Part shown: in pieces, positions 1-9,983 of the stretch
Numbering within the stretch: position 1 is the first letter of the stretch
How the letters are laid out: every line of letters begins with the position of its first letter
Assembly (NCBI GenBank): GCA_963789955.1
Contig: CAWBMV010000016.1
Span: 50,049 to 114,048, forward strand
DNA: 64,000 bases
Source: an uncultured Candidatus Rokubacteria bacterium
GTDB lineage: Bacteria; Methylomirabilota; Methylomirabilia; Rokubacteriales; CSP1-6
Reading direction: 5' to 3'
Position numbers and translations under genes: made by a program
The notes under the pieces: model-generated
Told to the model about the DNA's origin: nothing
Databases searched by the model: none
What the model saw: only the letters and a program-made list of their open reading frames with translations

Positions 1-55
1 CGTTCGCGCCGCGTTCCCACACCGCGTTCGTCACTTTGGATCCGTTGTCGCTCAT
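1..55 (-). CDS. Start of the next gene coupled to kaiC (possibly KaiB); runs off the window
   Basis: ATGA overlap at 52-55, reading MSDNGSKVTNAVWERGAN. Identity inferred from position only. Confidence 0.3.
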   Translation of the reverse strand, partial: MSDNGSKVTNAVWERGAN

Positions 56-1730
56 GTCGGCCGCCGGCTCTCGGCAATGTCCTGACGCTCGTCGCTCAAG
101 CGCGTCGACCCGTGTTCATCTGCTCATCGATCCCGGTGGCCAGATCGGCCTGCTCCGCCTCGAACTTGGCCCGCATGGATGCCAGCTCCGCCTCGAACGC
201 GGCTCGCAGCCGGGCGAGCGTCCGCTCTTTGCGCTCGATCTCCTGCTGCTGCGCGAGCTCGGCCGCTCGCTCCTGGGCTTCCTGACGTCAAGCGCGCGGA
301 GCCCGTGAGCACGCCGCCGGCGCCGGCGTAGACGTCGACGAGCTCGATACCATGGTCGGTCAGGAGAAACTCGCGGATCTGATTGGAGTGACCCATCCCG
401 CGCGACTTGAGCACGTAGAGGCCGCGATTTCTCTCGCCGCTCGACTCGAGCGTGACCAGCAGGAGCCAGGTGTCGACGATCGACGAGATCTCCGCGTCCG
501 TCTGCTCGAGCTCGGTCTTCCCGTGGGAGAGGCTGGTCATGAGCGCGGTGATGCCCTGCGTCTTGAGGTGGTCCACGAGCCGGGTCAAGCGTCGACCGGA
601 CGTCTGCCGTCGCCGCCACCGACAGCAAGCTGCTCACCGGGTCGAGGATCACCACATCCGGATGGAATCGCTCGATCGCCCGGTACATCTGCGACAGGTG
701 CATCTCGAGCCCGTGCAGCGCGGGACGAGACGCGTGGTACTCCAGAAGACCACGGTCGATCCACGGCTGCAGGTCGAGGCCGATCGACCGCATGTTACGG
801 ACCACCTGCTGCGGCGATTCCTCGAACAAGAACACCAGGCAGCGTTCTCCGCGCCGGCAGGCCGCGTCGACGAAGTGGGCGCCCAGGCTGCTCTTGCCGG
901 CGCCGGCGGTGCCGGACACGAGGATCGTGCTGCCCCGGAAGTAGCCTCGGCCTCCGAGCATCGTGTCGAGCCGGGCGACACCGCTCGAGACGCGCTCGGA
1001 CGACGCGGCATGACTGAGACCCATCGAGGTGATCGGCAGCACCGCCATCCCGTCCTCGTCGATGAGGAACGGGTACTCGTTGGTCCCGTGGGACGAGCCG
1101 CGGTACTTCACGATGCGAAGGCGCCGCGTGGAGACCTGCTCGGTCACCCGGTGGTCGAGCAGGATCACCGCGTCCGACACGTATTCTTCGAGGCCCTGTC
1201 GCGTGAGGGCGCCGTCGCCTCGCTCGCCGGTGATCACCGCCGTCACGCCCTTGTCCTTGAGCCAGCGGAACAGGCGGCGCAGCTCGGCCCGTAGAATCGA
1301 CTCGTTGGCGAGGCCCGAGAAGAGCGATTCGACCGTGTCGAGCACGACGCGGCGGGCTCCGATGGAGTCGATGGCGAAGCCGAGCCGGACGAAGAGTCCC
1401 TCGAGATCGTAGTCACCGGTCTCCTCGATCTCGCTGCGCTCGACCCTGACGTGGTCGAGCACGATCTTCTTCTTCTCGATCAGCGCCGGAAGGTCGTAGC
1501 CGAGCGAGGCGACGTTCTTGGCGAGCTCGTCGTTGCTCTCCTCGAAGCTCATGAACACGCCGGGCTCGTCGAACCTGGTCGCGCCGTTGACGAGGAAGCT
1601 CATGGCGAAGAGGGTTTTGCCGCAGCCGGCCGAGCCGCAGATCAGGGTGGGCCGGCCGGTCGGCAGGCCTCCTCCCGTGATCTGATCGAAGCCTTCGATA
1701 CCGGTGGGCGATTTGGGTAGACGCGGTCAC
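52..1730 (-). CDS. kaiC: Circadian clock-like ATPase KaiC (KaiC2-type), split by frameshifts; ends approximate
   Basis: N-terminus reads RLPKSPTGIEGFDQITGGGLP..GSAGCGKT; second Walker A GTAGAGKS; GLEEYVSD and KYRGSSHGTNEYPF motifs. C-terminal EISSIVDTWLLL..KSRGMGHSNQIREF lies in another frame (ORF 124..588). Confidence 0.93.
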
Positions 1731-1782
1731 GATGCGCAAATCATGCCCAGAGGACTCTGTCAGACGCCATCAGGTGTTCACC

Positions 1783-3015
1783 TCATGAGCGGGCCTCCGC
1801 GATGACCTTCTGCGCCATCGGGGTGCCCTGCAGGTGGAAGAACGCGAGCATGTTGCCCGCCGCGATCTTGAACGCTTCGCCGGCCGGCACACCCGCGAAC
1901 AGCCGCTCGGCGAACGGCCGCGTGTTCGGCCAGTCGCATTCGATGTGCGGGAAGTCCGTGGCGAACATGATGCGGTCCACGCCCATGTGGTGACGCAGCT
2001 CGACGGCCACCCGCTCCACGTGCTGGACGCTGAAGAAGATGTGCTCGCGAACGTAGTCGCTCGGCCGCTGCTTGAGCGGCTTGAAGTTCAGCAGGCGCGC
2101 GGCCCAGTGGCGGTGCCGCTCGTACCAGTAGTCGGCTTCCTCCATCCAGAACGGCACCCAGCCCAGGCGTGTCTCGGCGAAGAAGATCTTGAGGTCGGGG
2201 AGGCGATCGAACACACCGGACAGGATGAGCTGGGCGAAGCTCATCGACGGCGCGATCCCGAGGAACGGCAGCGCCACCCACTCGACGAGCTTTCGCGGCC
2301 CGAGCTTGGCCAGCATCGCGGGATCGGCGCCGGGATACTCGAAGGTGGGCTGAGACGCGCGCGGTCCGAGACGGTCGAAGCCGACGTGGACCGTGAGCGG
2401 CATCTTCATGTCGATCGCCGCGGCCCAGAAGCGATCGTCCGCGGGAGTCGGATACGCCTTGCCGCTCGGGAACACGCCGAGGTTGACGCCTTTGAGGCCG
2501 AGCTTCGCGCAGTGCTCGAGCTCGGCGATGGCGTCGTCGACGTTGGTCCACGGGATCACGCCGAGCCCGATGAGGCGATCGCGCGACACCGCGCAGTACT
2601 CCTCGCCGAGCCAGTCGTTGTACGCGCGCACCGTCGCGCGATAGACGTCGTCGTCCGTCAGCGTGCGCCAGAGCCGCGGGCCCACCTGCATGTTGGGGAA
2701 GAGCACCTCGGCGTGCAGCGCGTCCATGTCCTGCTCGCGCAGGCGCTGCTCGGGCGGGCCGACGCCGGCCGTGTCGTCGACGGTCACGCCGATCGGCTCC
2801 CAGGTCTCGTTGGTCCGCCCGGCCCTGAGATCGAGGAACGGCGCGGGATAGGGCGGCTGGCCCTCGACGAGGATCGCGTCGCCGCCGTCGGGGAGCTTGA
2901 TCGTCCGCGGCGCCTTCTCACGAAGCTTCGCGGGCATGTGCGGCGTCCACCGCTCCGGGCGGACTTCCAGGTGACCGTCGCTCGAGATCAGGGGCGGAAG
3001 ACCGGAGGTGGTCAT
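1783..3015 (-). CDS. Amidohydrolase family protein (Amidohydro_2, decarboxylase/hydratase-like)
   Basis: ISSDGH metal motif, AYNDWL, HVG, ETRLGWVP and FATDFPH motifs. Confidence 0.88.
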   Translation of the reverse strand: MTTSGLPPLISSDGHLEVRPERWTPHMPAKLREKAPRTIKLPDGGDAILVEGQPPYPAPFLDLRAGRTNETWEPIGVTVDDTAGVGPPEQRLREQDMDALHAEVLFPNMQVGPRLWRTLTDDDVYRATVRAYNDWLGEEYCAVSRDRLIGLGVIPWTNVDDAIAELEHCAKLGLKGVNLGVFPSGKAYPTPADDRFWAAAIDMKMPLTVHVGFDRLGPRASQPTFEYPGADPAMLAKLGPRKLVEWVALPFLGIAPSMSFAQLILSGVFDRLPDLKIFFAETRLGWVPFWMEEADYWYERHRHWAARLLNFKPLKQRPSDYVREHIFFSVQHVERVAVELRHHMGVDRIMFATDFPHIECDWPNTRPFAERLFAGVPAGEAFKIAAGNMLAFFHLQGTPMAQKVIAEARS

Positions 3016-3083
3016 GGCGGCTCTCCTTTTCTCCGGGCGCGATGGTACCATCGGCCGCGGATACGATGTGAAGGGAGGCCGCT

Positions 3084-4149
3084 ATGGGCGCGATCCTGGG
3101 TCTCGGCGTCACCCACTACCCGCCACTCGCGCGGACAGGACGAGCACATGGCACGCATCCTCAAGCGCGTCATGCAGGATCCCGATCTTCCCGAGCGCTA
3201 CCGCCGCCCGAAGGCTGGCCGGAGCCGATGCGACAGCGAGTACGGCGCCGATCAGGGGCTGAGCGCGGCGCAAGCGCCACCGCGAGGCGCTCGTCGCCGG
3301 ATTCCGCGACGCGCGACGGCGGCTCGACGAGTTCGCGCCGGACGTCGTCCTGGTCTGGGGCGACGACCAGTACGAGAACTTCAAGGAAGACATCATCCCG
3401 CCCTTCTGCGTGCTGGCCTACGAGTCGATCGAGCACCGGCCGTGGGCGGAGGCACGCTGGCAGAAGGCGAAGAACGCGTGGGACGAGTCGAGCGACGCGA
3501 CGTTCGTCTACAAGGGGCATCGCGCCGCCGCCAAATCGCTCGTGACGGGGCTGCTCGACGCGGGTCTCGACGTGTCCTACGCGTACCGGCCGCTCCATCA
3601 TCCGCTCGGCCACGCCTTCATGAACACGCTGCTGTATCTCGACTACGACCGGCAGGGCTTCCCCTACCCGGTCGTGCCGTTCTCGATCAACTGCTACGGC
3701 CGCAAGGTCATCTCGCAGCAGGGCGGCGTGTCGAGCTTCGCCGATCTGCCGACCGAGGCGCAGCTCGACCCGCCGTCGCCGGCGCCCTGGCGCTGCTTCG
3801 ATCTCGGTCGCGCCACCGCGCGCGTGATGGCCGCAGAGCCCGTGGCGCGTGGCGCTGGTCGCGTCGTCGAGCTGGTCGCACGCGTTCCTGACGCCGAAGA
3901 ACCACCTGCTCGTATCCGGACGTCGACGGCCGATCGCGCGCTCTACGAGACGCTGCGGTCCGGCGACTACGAGGCCTGGCGCAAGACGCCGCTGGCGAGC
4001 ATCGAGGAGAGCGGCCAGCAGGAGATGCTGAACTGGATGTGCCTGGCCGGCGCGATGGCGGAGCTCGACCGGCGGCCCGACGCTCGACCAAGTTCATCGA
4101 GACCTACATCTTCAACTCGAGCAAGTGCTTCGCGTCGTTCCCGGCCTGA
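3084..4149 (+). CDS. LigB/MhpB-like extradiol ring-cleavage dioxygenase (frameshifted)
   Basis: GVTHYPPL N-terminus, WGDDQYENF, GHAFMNT, SSSWSHAF and ESGQQEMLNW motifs spread across frames. Confidence 0.8.
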
Positions 4150-4168
4150 CGGCCGGGAACGCGCGCGA

Positions 4169-5334
4169 TCACTTGCGGGTCGCGAAGTGCGGCTTGACCT
4201 CTTTCGCGAACCAGGCGAGCTGCTCCAGCATCACGCTCTGCGGCGTGCCCATGCTGTTGCTCACGTGGACGTACTCGAGGCCCGGGTACTTCTGCTCGAG
4301 CGATCTGAGGTGCGCCACGAACTCCTCGGGCGTTCCGGCGAACCACGCGCCGACCTTCGTGTAGTCCTCGACGGTCGGCACGCCGGCGGCGCCCCAGCCG
4401 CCGCGCTTCATCGCCACGCGCGTTCTGCTCGGCGGTCATGCCGGGCACGAAGCCGAGCGGACCGAACATCTTCACGTGCTCCTCGTACCACGGGCGTGAT
4501 CTCGCGCACCGCGCGCTCGCGCGACTCGGCCAGGTGGAAGAAGATGCCGAGGCTCAGCCCCTCGCCGAGCTTGTAGTTCGACGACCGGCGCGCTCCGACG
4601 CCTCCTGATAGGCGTGGATCGAGCTGCTCGGCCATCGTCGCGGCGCCGCCGCCGATCAGGCCCTTGATGCGGTGTTTCATCATGAAGTCGAGCCCGCGGG
4701 CGCTGGCGCTCACGACGGGCTGCCAGCACTCGACGGGCTGCCGCAGCGGGCGCGGCACGAGCGTCAGATCGCGGAGCTCGTACCCGCGGTACGGGACGGC
4801 CGGCGGCAGCGTGTAGTGCTGGCCCCGATGCGTGAACCGCTCGGAGTGGAACGACTTCATGAGGATGTCGACCTGCTCCTCGAAGAGCGCGCGGTTCGCC
4901 TCGGCGTCGAGCATCGGGCTGCCGAACGTCTCGACCTCCCGGCTGTGATACCCGCGGCCCACGCCGAACACCACGCGGCCGCCCGTGAGGATATCCGCGG
5001 TCGCGAAGTCCTCCGCGAGCCGCAGCGGATGCCACATCGGCGTGATGTTGAAGCCGCAGCCGATGCGAAGCCGCGTCGTGAGATGCGCCAGGTGGACGGC
5101 CACCATCATGATGTTCGGGATGCACTCGTAGCCCTCGTGCTGGAAGTGGTGCTCGGCCAGCCAGAGGATGCTGTATTCGTGCTCGTCCATGCACCGCGCG
5201 ATGGCCTCGGTCTTGTCGAACACCGACGCCAGATGCTCGTTCGAGTACCGCCGCTCGTTGGCCGGCGTGGCCATCTGGCCCATGTCCCCCAGATCCACGT
5301 GCCCGGCATACACCGTCGAGAACTTGCTGATCAT
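4169..5334 (-). CDS. LLM-class flavin-dependent oxidoreductase (luciferase-like; frameshifted)
   Basis: WLAEHHF, HPLRLAED and GVGRGY motifs; C-terminal GTPEE..LAWFAKEVKP in ORF 4169..4417. Confidence 0.88.
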
Positions 5335-5397
5335 CTCTCCCCCTCCGCGCGCGAGCCTATCAGCGGCGTCATTCCAACGTCAAACCCGGCGCCGTCA

Positions 5398-5563
5398 TTC
5401 CGGCGGGAGGCGGGTGGGGTGGCGGTGGGGGTCGTGCGACCACGCGGCACGCGTTCGCTGCTCCGGGGCGGCTGGGCTCCATCCCGGCGCGCCACTTCCG
5501 CCGCCGCTTGGAGGGAACGAGTCGCACGACCCCCGCCGCCACCCCACCCGCCTCCCGCCGGAA
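5398..5563. repeat. Hairpin element copy A (43-bp inverted arms, 80-nt core)
   Basis: 5398-5440 is the reverse complement of 5521-5563 with a single T.G mismatch. Confidence 0.9.
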
Positions 5564-5679
5564 CGTCTGCATCAGGCAGGACGCGTGAACCGCGATCATC
5601 CCTGCGCACCGAGGCCGAGCAGTGGTCGAGCTGGTCCTAGGCTCGGGCGCGATGCTCGCGCACATCCTGACCGCTGAGG

Positions 5680-5845
5680 CGCCGGGCGGGTGGCGGAGGT
5701 GGCGGGTGGGGGTCTCGGGACCCGTTCCCTCCAGGGGGGCAACGGACACTGCCGCGCCCAGATGGAGCCCAGCCGCACAGGCCACGCGAACGCGTGCCGC
5801 GTGGTCCCGAGACCCCCACCCGCCACCTCCGCCACCCGCCCGGCG
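5680..5845. repeat. Hairpin element copy B, inverted relative to copy A
   Basis: 5680-5722 is the perfect reverse complement of 5803-5845. On the opposite strand the core shares CACGCGGCACGCGTTCGC, GCGGCTGGGCTCCATC and TGGAGGGAACG with copy A. Confidence 0.9.
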
Positions 5846-5891
5846 TCGCAAAGCGAGTAGGATGGGCGCAGTGCGCCTAACGTCCCGGCCG

Positions 5892-7082
5892 ATGATGAAG
5901 CTGTGGCGACATCACGGCGTACGCTGTCTCGGCTTCTGCGTCTTCTTCCATTCGATCGGCATGGTCGGCGAGCAGGTCGTCCTCGGCTGGTACATCCTCG
6001 AGATCACCGACTCGGCGTTCATGGTGGGCCTGGCGCTGGGCGTGCGGAACTTGCCGCTGCTGTTCGCCGGCATTCCGGCGGGTGTCGTCGCCGATCGCGG
6101 CGACCGGGTGAAACTGCTCCAGATCTCCGGCGTCACGATGGCGGCGGGTTCCGCGCTGATGGGCGCGCTCGTCGCGGCGAAGCTCGGCGGAGTCGGGCCG
6201 GCGTTGATGCTGACCTTCGCCACGGGGTGTGCGCGCGCCCTTCATCAGACCGCGCGCCAGGGCTATGCGCACGATACCGCCGGGGGCGGCGGCGTGGTCC
6301 ACGCGCTCGCGCTCGTCGCCCTCACCTCGCGGCTGGGCGGCCTGCTCGGCTCGCTCATGGCGGGTGTCATGATCGCGCGCCTCGGCTCCGCGACGGCCTT
6401 CCTGATGGTCGCGGCCAGCTATCTCGTGAGCGCTCTCGCCATGCTGCCGGCGCGATCGAGCGGCCGCCCGAGCGAGGCCGCCGAGAGCTCGGTGCGCGAC
6501 GACGTGTTCGGCTTTCTCGGGACGATCCGGCACGATCGCGTGCTCCTGCACCTCATGAGCCTGACGGCGATCGCGGAGGTGCTGGGCTTCTCGCATCAAG
6601 CGCTGCTGCCGAGTCTCGCCCGCGACGTGCTCCAGGTGGGACCGGAAGGGCTCGGCGTGATGACGGCCGCGCGGCAGGTCGGCGGGCTGGCCGGGATCGC
6701 GTTCACCTCCGGGCTCGGCGGTGCGCGCTACGGGCCGCTCTTCCTCTCGGTGATCGTCGGCTTCGGCGCCTCGCTCGTGGCGCTCGGGTTCGCGCCGAGC
6801 TTCACGGTGGTCTTGCTGATCCTGGTCGGCGCCAACGCGCTCGGCGCGGTGACGGACGTGCTGGCGCAGACGTTGATCCAGCTCGCGGTGCCGAGCGGGC
6901 TTCGCGGCCGCGCGGGCGGGGCATGGGTGGTGTCGATCGGGATGGCGCCGCTCGGGCAGTTCCAGGTGGGAGCACTCGCGTCGCTCTTCGGCGTCAGCGC
7001 CGCGCTCGGGGTGAACGGCGTCGCGCTGATGGCGGTCGGTGCCGCCGCGGCGCTGCTGGTGCCGAGGCTTCGCCGACTCTGA
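5892..7082 (+). CDS. MFS transporter (start uncertain)
   Basis: About 12 hydrophobic segments; AGVVADRGDR motif A; VPSGLRGRA in the second half. Confidence 0.85.
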   Translation: MMKLWRHHGVRCLGFCVFFHSIGMVGEQVVLGWYILEITDSAFMVGLALGVRNLPLLFAGIPAGVVADRGDRVKLLQISGVTMAAGSALMGALVAAKLGGVGPALMLTFATGCARALHQTARQGYAHDTAGGGGVVHALALVALTSRLGGLLGSLMAGVMIARLGSATAFLMVAASYLVSALAMLPARSSGRPSEAAESSVRDDVFGFLGTIRHDRVLLHLMSLTAIAEVLGFSHQALLPSLARDVLQVGPEGLGVMTAARQVGGLAGIAFTSGLGGARYGPLFLSVIVGFGASLVALGFAPSFTVVLLILVGANALGAVTDVLAQTLIQLAVPSGLRGRAGGAWVVSIGMAPLGQFQVGALASLFGVSAALGVNGVALMAVGAAAALLVPRLRRL

Positions 7083-7870
7083 TGGCGGCGTCTCTCGAGC
7101 GCCGGGTGGCGATCGACGCCGCGCGCGCCGCCGGCGACATCTTAAAGATGCAGTTTCGCGCGGCGCATCGCATCGCGTTCAAGGGCCAGACGATCAATCT
7201 CGTCACCGAGATGGACGAGCGCGCCGAGGAGCTGATCGTCGGCCGGCTCGCGTCGGCGTTTCCCGACGACGCGATCCTCGCCGAGGAGCGCGGCGCGGCG
7301 CGCGGACGCTCGGGGCGGCGCTGGATCGTCGATCCGCTCGACGGCACGACGAACTACGCGCACGGGCTGCCGGTCTACGCGGTGTCGATCGCGCTCGAGG
7401 TCGATCGGCGGATCGCGCTCGGCGTCGCCTACGATCCGAGCGCCGACGAGCTCTACGTCGCCGAGCGCGGGCGCGGCGCGACCGTGAACGATGCGCCGCT
7501 CGCGGTATCGACGACGCCGACCCTCGAGGCGAGTCTGCTGACGACGGGCTTTCCCTACAACATTCGCGAGACGCCGGACACGAACCTGAAGGAATACGCC
7601 GCGTTCGCGCTCCGCTGTCGCGGCGTGCGCAGACTCGGCTCCGCCGTCCTCGACCTCGCGTGGGTCGCCGCCGGCCGGCTCGACGGCTTCTGGGAGCTCC
7701 GCCTCGGGCCGTGGGACGTGGCCGCGGCCAGCCTCTTCGTCGAAGAGGCCGGCGGGCGAATCACGAATCTGGTGGGAGGAGCTGTCGACGTCGACGCGCC
7801 CGCGGTGGTCGCGAGCAACGGGCGCATCCAGGACGAGATGCTGGCGGTGCTGAGAGGGGTCCGAGCCTAG
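7082..7870 (+). CDS. suhB: Inositol monophosphatase family protein
   Basis: WIVDPLDGTTNY, RRLGSAVLDL and PWDVAA motifs. Confidence 0.9.
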   Translation: MAASLERRVAIDAARAAGDILKMQFRAAHRIAFKGQTINLVTEMDERAEELIVGRLASAFPDDAILAEERGAARGRSGRRWIVDPLDGTTNYAHGLPVYAVSIALEVDRRIALGVAYDPSADELYVAERGRGATVNDAPLAVSTTPTLEASLLTTGFPYNIRETPDTNLKEYAAFALRCRGVRRLGSAVLDLAWVAAGRLDGFWELRLGPWDVAAASLFVEEAGGRITNLVGGAVDVDAPAVVASNGRIQDEMLAVLRGVRA

Positions 7871-8058
7871 TCGGTGACGCGGGGGCGAATCTCCAGACCG
7901 CCCAGCGGACCCGGCAGGCCGCGCAGGGTGATCTGCACCGAAGACCGTGAGTCCGGCTGGCCCTCGACGATCACGTCGACGTCGACGGCTTCGGCCGCGC
8001 TCAGGACTTCTCCGAGCCACGCCAACAGCTGGTCAGACCCGAACGGTGTGCGTGTCAT
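7867..8058 (-). CDS. Small hypothetical protein
   Basis: MTRTPFGSDQLLAWLGEVL... preceded by a GGGGGAGAG RBS; plausible composition. Confidence 0.45.
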   Translation of the reverse strand: MTRTPFGSDQLLAWLGEVLSAAEAVDVDVIVEGQPDSRSSVQITLRGLPGPLGGLEIRPRVTD

Positions 8059-8120
8059 GCTCTCCCCCGATTTTCTGTGAACGGCGGGAACTGTCATATA
8101 ATGCCGCCGGTTGCACTGCC

Positions 8121-8675
8121 ATGAAGTCCGCGTCTTCTGACTCGGCGCTCGAGCATCAAGGCCACGACGAGAGGTTCGCGCCGCTCTGGTACGTGCTGCG
8201 GACGCGCTCGCGTCACGAAAAGACGGTGCGCGATCAGCTCGTGCGCCGAGAGGTCGAGACTTTTCTGCCCATCGCCGAGCGCTGGAGCCGCTGGAAGGAT
8301 CGGCGCAAGAAAGTCGCCTTCCCACTTTTTCCCGGCTACTGCTTCGCGCGTTTCTCGCTCGTCGACCGCCTCCGGGTCCTGAACGTCGTCGGGGTCGCCG
8401 ATCTCGTCGGGATCAGCGGCCGGCCCGAGCCCGTCCCGGACGCCGAGATCGAAGCGATTCAACGTCTGGCGAGCACGACCTTGCAGTACGATCCGCACCC
8501 GTTCCTGGCCGAAGGCATGGACGTCGAGGTCGTGCGCGGCCCCCTCGCCGGCGTCCGCGGCAAGCTCCTGCGCAAGGACCGTGTGACGCGGCTGGTGCTC
8601 TCCGTCACGCTCATCCGCCAGGCCGCGGTCGTCGAAATCCATCCGGCTGACGTCGTTCACGTAAGCGGCCCCTAG
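8121..8675 (+). CDS. UpxY/RfaH/LoaP-like NusG-family transcription antiterminator
   Basis: NGN domain WYVLRTRSRHEK..PLFPGYCF; KOW domain GMDVEVVRGPLAGVRG. Confidence 0.9.
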   Translation: MKSASSDSALEHQGHDERFAPLWYVLRTRSRHEKTVRDQLVRREVETFLPIAERWSRWKDRRKKVAFPLFPGYCFARFSLVDRLRVLNVVGVADLVGISGRPEPVPDAEIEAIQRLASTTLQYDPHPFLAEGMDVEVVRGPLAGVRGKLLRKDRVTRLVLSVTLIRQAAVVEIHPADVVHVSGP

Positions 8676-9453
8676 TTCCGGAGCAACGCTCGCGCCTGGC
8701 GGGCCGCGGCACTCTGGGGATGCTCGCGGACCACTCGCTCCCACGATCGCTTCGCTCGCGCGCCGTCACCCAGGTCCTTCTGACATAGACCGATCTTCAG
8801 CAGCGCGTCGGGCACTTTCTCGCCGCGCGGCACCGCGGCGACGAGCGCCTCGAACTCGGCCAGCGCGCCGCGCCAGTCCTTCTGCTTGTAGTAGATGTCG
8901 GCCACCAGGAACTGCGCGCTCTCGCGCAGCGGGCTGTCCGGATACGTCGCGATGAGGTCGTAGAACGTGAGGATCGCCGCGTCGTCGGCCTTGGCGCGCA
9001 GCTGATCGACCCCTCGCCGGTAGAGGTCGGCCGCCGGCGTCGTGGTCGCCGAGCCGAGCAGCGGCGGCGCTGCGGGCGGCGCCGGGGCGGTGCGGCGCGC
9101 TCGGCGCGAACCCGCTCGGCGCGGCCGGCAGGCGACCGCGATTCGGCGACTCCGAGCTCTTCCACGCGACGACGCAAGTACGTCAGCTGATCATCCTGCT
9201 GTCGCGAGGCCGCGATGAGCTTGGCGACGGCGTTCTGGAGCTCGGCGAGCTCGCTGGCGATGCGCGCGACCTGCTCGTTGGAGCGATTCGGGTCGGCGGC
9301 GGCTCCCGACGGCTGGTTCGCGCCGGCGGCGGGTCGCGGCGAGTCGGCCGTCGCCGGCTGCTTGCCCACCTCGGCGCAGCCGGCAAGCATGAGCGCGACC
9401 ATCGCGGCACCGAGAAGCGTGCCGAAGCGGAGCGCCGGGGTCGCGGTAGTCAC
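8672..9453 (-). CDS. CpoB/YbgF-like TPR lipoprotein (frameshifted)
   Basis: Lipobox LAGC, coiled coil, C-terminal TPR with KVPDALLKIGLC..HPQSAAARQA. Confidence 0.75.
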
Positions 9454-9983
9454 GGGCTGTTCGCCGTCGTCACGGACACGAACGCGAGCGGCCATTGAGC
9501 GTGCGCCCGCACCTGGAGCGTCACGGTCGTCTCGCGGCTCAGCGGCACGTCGACGAGCCAGAGCCAGCCCTCCGGCACGTTCAACGACGGATAGCTCCGC
9601 ACGATCTCGCCGCGCGCGAACACATACTGGGCCTGCCCGGCGGCGCGCGTGTGCACGCGCTCCCCGAGGACCAGGGTCCCTCCGTTCGTGACGCAGAAGA
9701 GATAGTCGATCTCCTCTGCCGGAGAAGTCCGGATCACCCGAACGGGCGCCGTGCGTCGCGTGGACTTTCCGGCGATGCTCGTGGAGATCTGCTCGAGCGT
9801 CGAATACGCGACGGGCGCCTCGCGCATGGCGAAGAGCTCGTTGCCCTGGCTCTGGACGCGGATCATCGATTGATCCAGGGCCGCCACCGGCCGCGACTGA
9901 GGCTCTACGCGCGCGGCGACGATCAGGAGCGAGGCGACGGCGGCGAGCGTCACCACGGCCTGGAGCGCGGACCCGCGCGTCAT
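9450..9983 (-). CDS. Hypothetical exported protein
   Basis: N-terminal hydrophobic signal; overlaps both neighbours by 4 nt. Confidence 0.6.
   Translation of the reverse strand: MTRGSALQAVVTLAAVASLLIVAARVEPQSRPVAALDQSMIRVQSQGNELFAMREAPVAYSTLEQISTSIAGKSTRRTAPVRVIRTSPAEEIDYLFCVTNGGTLVLGERVHTRAAGQAQYVFARGEIVRSYPSLNVPEGWLWLVDVPLSRETTVTLQVRAHAQWPLAFVSVTTANSP

Noticed and set aside
1834..3891. Long antisense or alternate-frame ORFs (also 12619..14100, 18638..20299, 20599..22197, 24941..26671, 59118..60746)
   Set aside because: Shadow ORFs typical of high-GC DNA, overlapping well-supported genes and lacking motifs.
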